NCBI GenBank assembly: GCA_964533495.1
Contig: CAZHJU010000014.1
Location: 2,421-66,420 of the forward strand
DNA length: 64,000 nucleotides
Direction: 5' to 3'
From: an uncultured Bordetella sp.
Lineage (GTDB): Bacteria > Pseudomonadota > Gammaproteobacteria > Burkholderiales > SG8-41
This document shows positions 10,147-19,082 of the stretch, piece after piece; within the stretch, counting starts at the first letter, position 1, and each line of letters opens with the position of its first letter. The notes under the pieces are model-generated. The model had not been told where the DNA came from. It saw only the letters and a program-made list of their open reading frames with translations, and made no database searches. A program made the translations under genes and the position numbers.

Positions 10147-11130
10147 ATGAAAATCAGCACGTTCGCAAGCTCGGCCGCGATTGCCGTCCTGTCGCTGGCC
10201 GCCGCGCAGGGCGCTCATGCGCAAGGCGCGTTTCCGTCAAAAAGCATGGTGATGATCGTCCCCTACACCCCGGGCGGCTCCGCCGACGCCATGAGCCGGG
10301 CCATCGCCACCAGGCTCGGCACGGCTCTGGGACGCAACATCGTCGTCGACAACCGCCCCGGCGCCAGCGGCATGATCGGCACCGAGATGGTCACCAAGGC
10401 CGAACCCGACGGCCACACGCTGCTCGGCCACACGTCGTCGTACCCGGCCACGGCCGCGGTGCGCGCCAAGCTGCCCTTCGATCCCGCCAAGGCCATCATC
10501 CCCATCGGCATGACGGCCCGCGCGCCGATGCTGTTCGCCATCCACCCGTCGATTCCCGCGAAAAGCGCCAGGGAACTGATCGCGCTGGTGAAAAAGGATC
10601 CGAAAAAATACTTCCTGAACTACGGCTCCTCCGGCGCCGGCGGCAACAACCATTTCGCCGGCTCGCTGTTCGCCGCCGCGGCGGGCATCAAGATGCAGCA
10701 CGTGCCGTACAAGGGCATCTCGATGGCCGTCACCGCCATCGCTTCCGGCGAAGTCGAAGTCGTGATTGCCAGTTCCTCGGCCCTGCTGCCGCAGCGGGAT
10801 TCGGGCCGCATCCGCATCCTCGGCGTGACCAGCGCGGAAAAATCACCGCTGTTCCCGGACCTGCCGACCATCGCTTCGCAGGGCGCGCCGGGTTACGAAT
10901 ACGAACTGTGGTGGGGCACCTTCGCGCCGGCCGGCATGGCGCCCGACCGGCTCAAGTTCCTGTACTCGGAAATCCAGAAGATCGTCGTCGGCGCCGACAT
11001 GAAAAAATTCCTCGATCTCCAGGGCGCCGGCGTCTGGCAACTGCCGATGGCGCAGCTGCCGGAGCTGCTGCCGAAGGAAATCGCGCGCTACAGGAAAGCC
11101 GCGCAACTCGCGGGCATCGAGCCGCAATAA
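10147..11130 (+). CDS. Bug/TctC tripartite tricarboxylate transporter substrate-binding protein
   Basis: Signal peptide; IVPYTPGGSAD, VDNRPGASGMIG, HVPYKG; C-terminal AGIEPQ. Confidence 0.93.
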   Translation: MKISTFASSAAIAVLSLAAAQGAHAQGAFPSKSMVMIVPYTPGGSADAMSRAIATRLGTALGRNIVVDNRPGASGMIGTEMVTKAEPDGHTLLGHTSSYPATAAVRAKLPFDPAKAIIPIGMTARAPMLFAIHPSIPAKSARELIALVKKDPKKYFLNYGSSGAGGNNHFAGSLFAAAAGIKMQHVPYKGISMAVTAIASGEVEVVIASSSALLPQRDSGRIRILGVTSAEKSPLFPDLPTIASQGAPGYEYELWWGTFAPAGMAPDRLKFLYSEIQKIVVGADMKKFLDLQGAGVWQLPMAQLPELLPKEIARYRKAAQLAGIEPQ

Positions 11131-11156
11131 ACGGCGGATCAGGTCCCGCAGCATCC

Positions 11157-11184
11157 AGCGCCGGCCCGTGCCGGCGCTTTTTTT
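11157..11184 (+). terminator. Intrinsic terminator
   Basis: AGCGCCGGC-CCGT-GCCGGCGCT followed by a T-run, between convergent genes. Confidence 0.8.
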
Positions 11185-11200
11185 GCGCTCATTTTTTCAC

Positions 11201-12058
11201 TCAGCCCGTCAGGCGCCCTGCCTGGTAATCGCGGATCGCCTGCTCGATTTCCTCGCGTGTGTTCATCACGAAAGGCCCGTACTGCGCGACCGGTTCGCGC
11301 AGCGGCTTTGCCGCCAGCAGGATGAAACGGGCGCCCTCGCCCCCCGCCGTGACACGAACAGAATCCCCCGCCGAGAGGATGCCCGCCGCGCGCCGCGGCA
11401 ACGCGCGGGCGCCGGCCGCCCCGTCGACCAGGACGTCGCCCTCGCAGGCATACAAAAAAGCGTTGTGGCCCGGCGGCAGCGGCTGTTCGAACGTCCCGCC
11501 GGCCGGCAGCCCGACATCGAAATACAGCGGCTCGGTGCTGAGCCCCTGCATCGGCCCCGGTATTTCGCGCCCGTCGAGCCGCAGCGTGCCCGCGATCACC
11601 TTCACGCCGCCGCCGGGCAATGTCGCTGCGGGGATCGACGCCGCCGGAATGTCGCGGTAACCTGCTGGCTTCATCTTCTCCGCCGCGGGCAGGTTGATCC
11701 ACAACTGGAAGCCGCGCATCCGCCCCTCCAGTTGCTGCGGCATCTCGGAGTGGATGATGCCGCGGCCCGCGGTCATCCACTGCACGTCGCCGCTTTTCAG
11801 GTCGCCGTGGTTGCCGAGATGGTCCTCGTGCAGCATGTGCCCGTCGAGCATGTAGGTCACGGTTTCGAAACCGCGGTGCGGGTGCGACGGAAAACCGGCG
11901 ATGTAGTCCTGCGGGTCGTCGGTGCCGAACTCGTCGAGCATCAGGAAGGGATCGAGCCGCGTCTGCGGCGACTGCCCGATGCTCCGACGCAGTTTCACGC
12001 CGGCGCCGTCGGAAGTCTCCAGGGCCGGAATCACCTGCTGCAGCGTGCGCAGTGTCAT
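11201..12058 (-). CDS. Pirin family protein
   Basis: DPFLMLDEF, GFPSHPHRGFETVTY, QWMTAGRGIIHSEMP, YGPFVMNT. Confidence 0.96.
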   Translation of the reverse strand: MTLRTLQQVIPALETSDGAGVKLRRSIGQSPQTRLDPFLMLDEFGTDDPQDYIAGFPSHPHRGFETVTYMLDGHMLHEDHLGNHGDLKSGDVQWMTAGRGIIHSEMPQQLEGRMRGFQLWINLPAAEKMKPAGYRDIPAASIPAATLPGGGVKVIAGTLRLDGREIPGPMQGLSTEPLYFDVGLPAGGTFEQPLPPGHNAFLYACEGDVLVDGAAGARALPRRAAGILSAGDSVRVTAGGEGARFILLAAKPLREPVAQYGPFVMNTREEIEQAIRDYQAGRLTG

Positions 12059-12115
12059 GGCTTCGGGTCTCGGGATGGCGGAAATCGGAAGCCTAACCCG
12101 GCGGCGCCCGCCGTG

Positions 12116-12904
12116 TCACCGCCCCTTGAACACCGGTTTGCGTTTTTCCATGAACGCACGGCGGCCTTCGATGAAATCCTCGCTCGCGCCGCAGCGCTTC
12201 ACGAGATCCTCGCACAGCGCGACGTCGCGCTCCGCGGGATCCTTCATCAGCTCGTCGACCACGCGCTTGGCGGTCAGGATCGACAACGGCGCGTTGGCGG
12301 CGATGCCGCCAGCGATCTCGCGGACCGCGGCATCCAGCGACTGCGCCGGCAGCACCTGGTTGACGATGCCCAGGCGCAGCGCCTCCGCCGCGGTGTAGCG
12401 GCGCGCAGTGTAGATGAACTCCTTCGCCGCCGACGGACCGGCCAGTTCCACCAGCCGGCGCAGGCCTTCCATGCCGTAGCCGATGCCCAGCCGCGCCGCC
12501 GGGATGCCGAACTGCGCGTCGTCGGAACAGATGCGCAGGTCGCAGCTCAGCGCCAGCGACATGCCGCCGCCGATGCAATAGCCGCGGATCATCGCGATCG
12601 TCGGCTTGCCGGTCCCGCGCAGCAGCGCGCGCATGCCCGAGGAGGTTTTCGAATACTTCTCCTGCGCCTCCGCGTTGGCGCGCTCGTCCTCGAATTTCGA
12701 GATGTCGGCGCCGGAGACGAAGGATTTGCCGCCGGTGCCGGCGAGCACGATCACGCGCACGCCGTCGTCCTGCGCGAATTCGGCGACCACTTCGGCGGCC
12801 CGCTGCCACATGTCCAGCGACACCGCGTTGCGGCGCTCCGGATTGTTGAACACGAGGAAACCGACCGGACCTTCCCGGCTGGCCAGTATTTTGTCTGTCG
12901 TCAT
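12116..12904 (-). CDS. Enoyl-CoA hydratase/isomerase family protein
   Basis: NNPERRNA, SFVSGADISKF, GYCIGGGMSLALSCDLR, EGRRAFMEKRKPVFKGR. Confidence 0.93.
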   Translation of the reverse strand: MTTDKILASREGPVGFLVFNNPERRNAVSLDMWQRAAEVVAEFAQDDGVRVIVLAGTGGKSFVSGADISKFEDERANAEAQEKYSKTSSGMRALLRGTGKPTIAMIRGYCIGGGMSLALSCDLRICSDDAQFGIPAARLGIGYGMEGLRRLVELAGPSAAKEFIYTARRYTAAEALRLGIVNQVLPAQSLDAAVREIAGGIAANAPLSILTAKRVVDELMKDPAERDVALCEDLVKRCGASEDFIEGRRAFMEKRKPVFKGR

Positions 12905-13003
12905 GGATTCATCCTGGAGTGAAGGCGCGTGCAGCCCGCGGCCGCACCGGAACAGGCGGCAGTTGAACACAGCCGGCGGGAAGTCCGCCAGCGGCCGACC
13001 ACA

Positions 13004-13990
13004 CTATGCGCCGGAGCACGCGGCAACTTCCGGATTCAGCAGGTTGCGCCGGTCGTACGCCTCGCCGCGCAGCCAGCCGATGATGTTGTTCGCGGCAATC
13101 GTGCCCATGCGCACCATCGCCTGCGTGGTCGCCGCGGCGATGTGCGGCGTGACGATCACGTTGGGCAGCGCAAACAGCGGATTCGCCGGATCCGGTGGCT
13201 CCACTGCGAAGGTATCGAGGCCGGCCGCCGCCAGCCGGCCACTGGCCAGCGCCGCCACCAGCGCCGTCTCGTCGACCACCGGGCCGCGCGCGGTGTTGAT
13301 CAGGATTGCGCCCGGTTTCATCCGCGCGAACTGCGCAGCGCCGATCAGGCCCCGCGTTTTTTCGGTCAGCGGGCAGTGCAGGCTGACGATGTCGGCACGC
13401 TCCAGCAGCCGGTCGAACGCCGCTTCCCGCGCCATGCCCTCCGGCAACACGGCCTCCGAACGGGTGTGCACCAGCACCTGCGCGCCGCAGGCCTGCGCCA
13501 GCCGCGCCGTGCGCTCGCCGATCTGGCCGAAGCCGACGATGCCGACCGTGCGTTCGCGGAAATCCCGCGTTAAATGATTGAGGTCGCGCCAGCGGCCCTG
13601 CCGCGTCGCGCGGTCGAAACCCGGCAGCTCGCGGCACAGCGCCAGCATCATCATCAGCGCGTGCTCGGCCACCGCGTCCGCGTTCGCGCCGCCCGCGACC
13701 ATCACCGCCACGCCGCGACGCGTCGCCGCGGCGACGTCCACCGAATCCACGCCGGCGCCGTGCTTGGCCACGATCTTCAGCCCGCGCGCCGCCTCGAACA
13801 CCCGCGCCGTCAGCGGCGGCGAACCGCGCAGCAGCACCGCGGCGACCCTGCCCGTCGACAGCGCCCGCAGCAGCGCATCCTCGTCGATGGTTCCCGGCAT
13901 GAACTCGATCTCCGCGCCGCCTTCGCGCAGCAGGCCCTGCGCGAGGTCGGACACGGTGGCGGCGGTGACGAGGACGACCGGTTTGCTCAC
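13004..13990 (-). CDS. D-isomer-specific 2-hydroxyacid dehydrogenase (SerA/hydroxypyruvate reductase-like)
   Basis: HGAGVDSVD, VAEHA, GIVGFGQIG, LINTARG, LDTFAVEP, TPHIAA; GTG start. Confidence 0.93.
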   Translation of the reverse strand: MSKPVVLVTAATVSDLAQGLLREGGAEIEFMPGTIDEDALLRALSTGRVAAVLLRGSPPLTARVFEAARGLKIVAKHGAGVDSVDVAAATRRGVAVMVAGGANADAVAEHALMMMLALCRELPGFDRATRQGRWRDLNHLTRDFRERTVGIVGFGQIGERTARLAQACGAQVLVHTRSEAVLPEGMAREAAFDRLLERADIVSLHCPLTEKTRGLIGAAQFARMKPGAILINTARGPVVDETALVAALASGRLAAAGLDTFAVEPPDPANPLFALPNVIVTPHIAAATTQAMVRMGTIAANNIIGWLRGEAYDRRNLLNPEVAACSGA

Positions 13991-14176
13991 GTCTTTTTCC
14001 TTTTCGGGGAAGCGGTTTCACGAATGAAGCGCGCAGATTACCCGATTGTCGCCGCCGCGCAGAAACTTGTTCACATCGGAGCCGCGGTTGCCACTAGAAT
14101 GTGGACGTCGGTGACGCGCACCCACTACACAAACCGCGCGCCCGGCATCCATGTCACCACACATTGGAGGAGAACA

Positions 14177-15139
14177 ATGAAACGCTGCGCATCCCTTGTA
14201 CTCGGCGCCCTTGCGCTCGCGCTGGCCGGCCAGGTCGTCGCCCAGCAGTACCCCAGTCGCCCGATCCGGCTGATCATCCCCTTCCCGGCCGGCGGCAACG
14301 TCGACGTGTTCTCGCGCGTGCTGTTCCGGCAGGTCGAAGCGGAACTCGGCACGCACTTCGTCATCGACAACCGGGGCGGCGCCAACGCCATCGTCGGCTC
14401 CGACATGGTCAGGAACGCCACGCCCGACGGTTACACCGTCATGAACACCTCCTTCGGCTTCGCGGTGAACCCGGCGATCCTGAAGAAAATGCCCTTCGAC
14501 GTGATCCGCGACTTCACGCCGGTCACCAACGTCGCCACCGGGCTCGGCTACCTCGTCGTGGTCAATCCCAAGCTGCCGGTCAAAAACACCGCCGAACTGA
14601 TCGATGCCGCGAAGAAGCAGCAACTGCGCTACAGCACGGCCGGCATCGGCAACGGCCAGCACCTGGCCGGCGCGCTGCTGGCGAGCATGGCCAAGGTCGA
14701 CATGCTGCACGTCCCGTACAAGGGCGGCGGCCCCGCCGCCGCAGCCGCGATCAGCGGCGAAGTGCAGGTGCATTTCCCGGCCGGTTCGGTCGGCGTGCCC
14801 CACCACAAGGCCGGACGCCTGCGCGCCATCGCCTTCACCGGCGCCAAGCGCCTGGAGTCCCTGCCGGACATCCCGACCGTCGGCGAAACCGTCAAGGGCT
14901 ACGTCTCGGACGCCGGCTGGCACGGCGTGTTCGGACCGGCGAAAATGCCGATGCCGATCGCGCGCAAGCTGCAGCAGGCCATCCACAAATCGCTGCAGGA
15001 GCCGAAGATCAGGGCGCACTTCGTCGACAACGGCTACCAGCCCAACGGCGACCCGCCGGACGTCTGGGCGAAGCAGTTCCGCGAAGACGTCAAGAAGTTC
15101 GCGGCCATCGCCAAGGCCGCCGGCATCGAGCCGCAGTAA
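14177..15139 (+). CDS. Bug/TctC substrate-binding protein
   Basis: GGAGG RBS, signal peptide, YPSRPIRLIIPFPAGG, DNRGGANAIVG, HVPYKGGGPA. Confidence 0.94.
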   Translation: MKRCASLVLGALALALAGQVVAQQYPSRPIRLIIPFPAGGNVDVFSRVLFRQVEAELGTHFVIDNRGGANAIVGSDMVRNATPDGYTVMNTSFGFAVNPAILKKMPFDVIRDFTPVTNVATGLGYLVVVNPKLPVKNTAELIDAAKKQQLRYSTAGIGNGQHLAGALLASMAKVDMLHVPYKGGGPAAAAAISGEVQVHFPAGSVGVPHHKAGRLRAIAFTGAKRLESLPDIPTVGETVKGYVSDAGWHGVFGPAKMPMPIARKLQQAIHKSLQEPKIRAHFVDNGYQPNGDPPDVWAKQFREDVKKFAAIAKAAGIEPQ

Positions 15140-15330
15140 GCCCAAACATCACGCCGGCAGTCCTGCATCCGCAACTGCCGGCGGCATGTCCGCGACAAGA
15201 CGGTCGCACCCAGCCACCGCCCGGCGGAATAGAAGGATGCTGCCGCCTGTTCCACACGCAGGCGACGGCCTCCGGCTAGAATGGCCATGCAGTCCGTCCG
15301 CAGTCTGCCATCAGACCATTCGGAGACACC

Positions 15331-15855
15331 ATGCACCCGCTACGATCCCTCCTCACCGCCGGCGCGTTTGTCCTGGGTTTCGCGCTGGCAGGCCCCGTGG
15401 CAGCCGGCACCCTCGCGCCGCTGCCGCAGCCGACGCCGATGCCCTCGTTCAAGATCCCGGGCATCAACGGCAGCGGCGGCAGCGATGCCGACCTGCGCAA
15501 CAAGGTCACCATCATCCGCTTCTGGGCGTCGTGGTGAAGCTCCTGCGTACGCGAGCTGCCCTCCGTGCAGAGGGCGCATGACGAACTGAAAAAAGACGGC
15601 ATCCAGGTCATCACCATCTCGATCGACGGTACCGGAGGAACCGCCGTCAAGCCGATCTTCGCCAAGGGCGGCTACACCATGCCCGCGCTGCTCGACCAGG
15701 ACATGAGCGTCGCCCGCGGTTTCGGCGTGCGCGGCGTGCCATCCACGGTCATCGTCGACAAAAAAGGGCTGATCAACGCACGCGGCCTCGGCCACGTCGA
15801 TTTCGACGGCCGGGTGCTGCGCAACTACGCGCGCGACCTCGCCCGCATCAAGTGA
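15331..15855 (+). CDS. TlpA/ResA-like thiol-disulfide oxidoreductase, probable selenoprotein (UxxC; TGA at 15535-15537 read as Sec, codon 69)
   Basis: Track ORFs 15331..15537 and 15565..15855 are in the same frame. Reading through TGA gives RFWASW-U-SSC-VRELPS...GVPSTVIVD, the TlpA FWAxWCxxC motif plus the cis-Pro loop. N-terminal signal peptide. Confidence 0.88.
15557..15576 (+). promoter_or_regulatory. Candidate bacterial SECIS hairpin for the TlpA-like gene
   Basis: TGCCCTC-CGTGCA-GAGGGCG stem-loop; loop starts 26 nt after the TGA and has G at position 2. Confidence 0.55.
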
Positions 15856-15875
15856 ATCGTCAACGGAGGACCACG

Positions 15876-16451
15876 ATGTCGAAGCTGCCACTGCTGCACC
15901 GCTGGATCGCCGCCGCCCTGCTCGGCGCCGCCATGCTGCTCGCCGCGCCCGCGCAGGCCCAGGTGCCGAAACCCGGCGACAGGGCGCCCGCGTTTTCCGT
16001 GATGTCCACCACCGGCAAGCCGGCGGCGCTCGCGGATTACCTCGGAAAGAAGAACGTCGTCCTGTTCTTCTACATCGCCGCCTTCACCGATACGTGAACG
16101 ACCGAAGTCGTGGCCTTCCAACTCGATCTCCCCGAGTTCGAGGCCACCAATGCCCAGGTCCTGGGCATCAGTGTCGATTTCAACGCCGCCAACACCGAGT
16201 TCGCCGCCAAGCTCGGGCTGAAGTTTCCGCTGCTCAGCGACACCCGCCGCGAGATGACCCGCGCCTACGGCGTGCTCAACGACGATCCGGCGCTGGCGAA
16301 GGACGGCAAACGCATCGCCGCCTACCTGCGCGCCAAGCGCTCGTGGTTCATCATCGACCGCGAAGGCATCGTCCGCTACGCCAACGTCAACGATCCGCGC
16401 GGCATCATGCCCAACGACGAACTGCTGGACGTACTGCGCAAGCTGAAATAA
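15876..16451 (+). CDS. Peroxiredoxin (AhpC/TSA, BCP-like), probable selenoprotein (TGA at 16095-16097 read as Sec, codon 74)
   Basis: Track ORFs 15852..16097 and 16110..16451 are in the same frame. Readthrough gives VVLFFYIAAFTDT-U-TTE, matching the Prx FYPxxxTxxCTxE motif; also LGISVD, FPLLSD and RSWFIID. GGAGG RBS and signal peptide. Confidence 0.88.
16098..16147 (+). promoter_or_regulatory. Candidate SECIS hairpin(s) for the peroxiredoxin
   Basis: GTGGCCTT..AACTCG-ATCTCCC-CGAGTT..GAGGCCAC (16110-16147) starts 12 nt after the TGA. An alternative ACGAC-CGAA-GTCGT hairpin (16098-16111) starts immediately after it. Confidence 0.5.
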
Positions 16452-16462
16452 AATTTCTTAAA

Positions 16463-16475
16463 AATCAAATACTTA
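16463..16475 (+). promoter_or_regulatory. IHF consensus site AATCAAATACTTA
   Basis: Perfect WATCAANNNNTTR with an upstream AT tract, between the convergent Prx and yciI-like genes. Confidence 0.65.
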
Positions 16476-16489
16476 TGTAGATTCCCCGG

Positions 16490-16792
16490 TCAGGCGCCCT
16501 CGGCCGCGCCCGGATTCCACTGCCCCTTGCGCATGCGGGTGATGGTGATGCTCTGAAATACGCCCTTCTGCGTAAAGGGATCGCCGTCGGAAAATTTTTT
16601 CGCTTCCGCGCGGCTGTTGACGTTGACGATGAACAAGCTGCCGACGGCCGCTGTGCCTTCGTCGTTCTGCGTCGCGCCGGCAAGCACGAGAATGTGCTTC
16701 TGGCTGCCGAGATACTCGCGGTGGGGAATCAGCACCGATTCGCGGATCGCCGCGGTATTCGGTTTGTCGACGCAGGAAATGGCCCAAAGCAT
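16490..16792 (-). CDS. YciI family protein
   Basis: CVDKPNT..IRE....HREYL, AG...ND....GSLFIV, DPF...GVF. Confidence 0.88.
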   Translation of the reverse strand: MLWAISCVDKPNTAAIRESVLIPHREYLGSQKHILVLAGATQNDEGTAAVGSLFIVNVNSRAEAKKFSDGDPFTQKGVFQSITITRMRKGQWNPGAAEGA

Positions 16793-16910
16793 GTCGAAGC
16801 TCCTCAATATGGACTGTTTCACGGATGGAATCGCGGGCGGCTGACCGGCCGCGTCAAAGAGGCCGTATCATAAGCGCCTTTCCGCAAACCGCACCATTCG
16901 GAGGATCACG

Positions 16911-17777
16911 ATGACCGTCCCCTACAATCCCGACAGCCTCTACGCCGTCAAATGCTGGGAAGTCGAATACCGCAGGACCGGAAAACGCACGCTGATCGCG
17001 CGCATCTACCAGCCGCAGGGCGCGGGGCCGTTCCCGGTGCTGCTCGACCTGCACGGCGGCGCGTGGAGCCGCAAGGACCGCTACGCCAACGAACCGATGG
17101 CACGCTCGGTCGCCGCCGCCGGCATGCTGGTGGTCTCGCCCGACCTGCGCATCTCCAGTGAGGCGCCGTACCCGGCCGCGGTGCAGGACGCGCATTACGC
17201 GATCCGCTGGCTCAAGCACAAGGCGAAGGAACTCAACGGCGATCCGGCCCATTTCGGCGTGCTCGGCAGCTCCAGCGGCGGCCACATCGCGCAGCTGCTG
17301 GCGATGAAACCGCACGAGCCGGAATACGCCGCGATCCCGCTGCCGGAGGCGCCCCAGCTCGACGCCACCTTCTCCTACGTCGCCACCCGCTCGCCGATCA
17401 GCAACCCAGTCGCGCGCCGTGCGCAGGCGGAGAAAAAGGGCAACAAGGAAATGATGAAGAAGTCGGACACCTTCTTCAGCGCGCCCGACAGCATCCACAA
17501 AGGCAACCCGCAGGAAATCCTCGACCGCAAGGAGAAAGTCAACCTGCTGCCGATGCTGATCATGCAGGGCGGGCTCGACGACAATGTGATCCCGCCGATC
17601 CAGGAAAAATTCGCCGCGACCTACCGCGCCGCCGGCGGCGAATGCCAGCTCGAGATTTTCGAGAACAGCGAGCACGAATGGACCGCAGTGCCGAGCCCCG
17701 AGGCCGACCGCTCGCACCGGATGGTGATGGACTTCATCGCCAGACAACTGCAGGCGCTGCAGAAAAAGGCGGCCTGA
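16911..17777 (+). CDS. Alpha/beta hydrolase (HSL-like esterase)
   Basis: HGGAW oxyanion motif, YPAAVQD, GSSSGG nucleophile elbow, C-terminal D and H. Confidence 0.88.
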   Translation: MTVPYNPDSLYAVKCWEVEYRRTGKRTLIARIYQPQGAGPFPVLLDLHGGAWSRKDRYANEPMARSVAAAGMLVVSPDLRISSEAPYPAAVQDAHYAIRWLKHKAKELNGDPAHFGVLGSSSGGHIAQLLAMKPHEPEYAAIPLPEAPQLDATFSYVATRSPISNPVARRAQAEKKGNKEMMKKSDTFFSAPDSIHKGNPQEILDRKEKVNLLPMLIMQGGLDDNVIPPIQEKFAATYRAAGGECQLEIFENSEHEWTAVPSPEADRSHRMVMDFIARQLQALQKKAA

Positions 17778-17794
17778 AGCCGGACGCGTCCGAC

Positions 17795-17822
17795 AAAAAA
17801 CCCCGCCGAGGCGGGGTTTTTT
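17795..17822. terminator. Bidirectional intrinsic terminator
   Basis: AAAAAACCCCGC-CGAG-GCGGGGTTTTTT between convergent genes. Confidence 0.88.
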
Positions 17823-17860
17823 GTTTGCTCTTTTTGACTGGCATCCGTGCCCGAACTGGC

Positions 17861-18838
17861 TCAATCCATGCTGATGTTCAGCGGCCGCGCGACCTTGATC
17901 CACTTCGCGATGTCGTCGTCGATCAGCTTGCCGAAGGCCGCCGGCGACATCTCCGTCGCCTCGACGCCGACGCCGAGCAGGCGCTCCCGGACTTCCGGCA
18001 GGCGCAGCGCGATCTGCACCGCGCCGTGCAGCCTGTCGATCACCGCCTTCGGCGTGCCTTTCGGCGCCACCGCGCCGTACCAGCCGCTGACCGCATAACC
18101 GGGCAGGCCCGACTCGGCGATCGTCGGCACGTTCGGCAGCGCCGGCGTGCGTTTCGGCGTGGTCACCCCGAGCCCGCGGATCTTGCCCGACTGCAGGTGC
18201 GGCCGCGCCACCGCGACCGTCGAGAAAAACACCTGCACGCGGCCGCCGAGCAGGTCGGTCATCGCCGGGCCGCCACCCTTGTACGGCACGTGCAGCATCT
18301 TCACGCCGGCGAGCGAATTGAACAGCTCTGCCGCAAGGTGGGTCAGGTTGCCGGTGCTCGACGAGGCGTAGGTCACCTTCCCCGGATTCGCCTTCGCCCG
18401 CGCGATCAGTTCGGCGCTGTTCGACACGCCGGCCGAAGGATGCGCGACCAGCACATAGGCGCCGTCGCCGAACAGCGCAACCGGCACGAAGTCGCGCGCG
18501 GTGTCGTACGGCAGCTTCTTGTACAGCGCCGGGTTCACCGCGTGGCCGGCGGCGACCACCAGCAGCGTGTAGCCGTTGGGCGCGGACGTGGCGACGATCT
18601 CGGAACCGATCAGCGTGTTGCCGCCGCCGCGGTTGTCGACGATCACGTTCTGGCCCAGTTCCTGGGTCATCACCGGCGCCAGCAGGCGCCCGATGATGTC
18701 GTTGGCGCCGCCCGGCGGATAGGGCACCACCATGCGCACCGGGCGCGCCGGAAAGGACTGGGCCTGCGCGGGAATTGCGGTTGCGGCGGCGGCAGTGGCC
18801 AGCACGGCGCCCGCCAGCATGCGGATCGTTCTGTTCAT
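17861..18838 (-). CDS. Bug/TctC substrate-binding protein
   Basis: FPARPVRMVVPYPPGGAND, VDNRGGGNTLIG, HVPYKGGGPA. Confidence 0.94.
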   Translation of the reverse strand: MNRTIRMLAGAVLATAAAATAIPAQAQSFPARPVRMVVPYPPGGANDIIGRLLAPVMTQELGQNVIVDNRGGGNTLIGSEIVATSAPNGYTLLVVAAGHAVNPALYKKLPYDTARDFVPVALFGDGAYVLVAHPSAGVSNSAELIARAKANPGKVTYASSSTGNLTHLAAELFNSLAGVKMLHVPYKGGGPAMTDLLGGRVQVFFSTVAVARPHLQSGKIRGLGVTTPKRTPALPNVPTIAESGLPGYAVSGWYGAVAPKGTPKAVIDRLHGAVQIALRLPEVRERLLGVGVEATEMSPAAFGKLIDDDIAKWIKVARPLNISMD

Positions 18839-18937
18839 GAATCTCTCCTCTCGTTTGCGGCTGCGGATCTATCTGTTTGCCGTCAGCGGGATTTGAGCAC
18901 CACGGACCGCCAAATACAATCGAAAATCGCCCTGCCG

Positions 18938-18982
18938 TTGCCCATTGTGGAATGCCGCGACGGAAAATTGCCCAATGTGGAC
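18938..18982. promoter_or_regulatory. Two near-identical pseudo-palindromic operator-like boxes 30 bp apart
   Basis: TTGCCCATTGTGGAA (18938-18952) and TTGCCCAATGTGGAC (18968-18982) in the divergent promoter region. Confidence 0.5.
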
Positions 18983-19082
18983 CGCTGCAACCGTTGCATC
19001 CGGCATCGGCAGTCCGCCGGCCGTTTGCGCTTTTGGGCTAACATCCGGCCTTCGCACCAACAACGTCCCGCAAAGGAATCCC

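Noticed and set aside
15331-16451. Reading the four short track ORFs as separate small genes or two nonsense pseudogenes
   Set aside because: Both stops are TGA, both fall exactly on the catalytic Cys column, and the downstream frames are intact. Two independent random nonsense mutations at those positions are much less parsimonious than Sec (pending a selABCD check).
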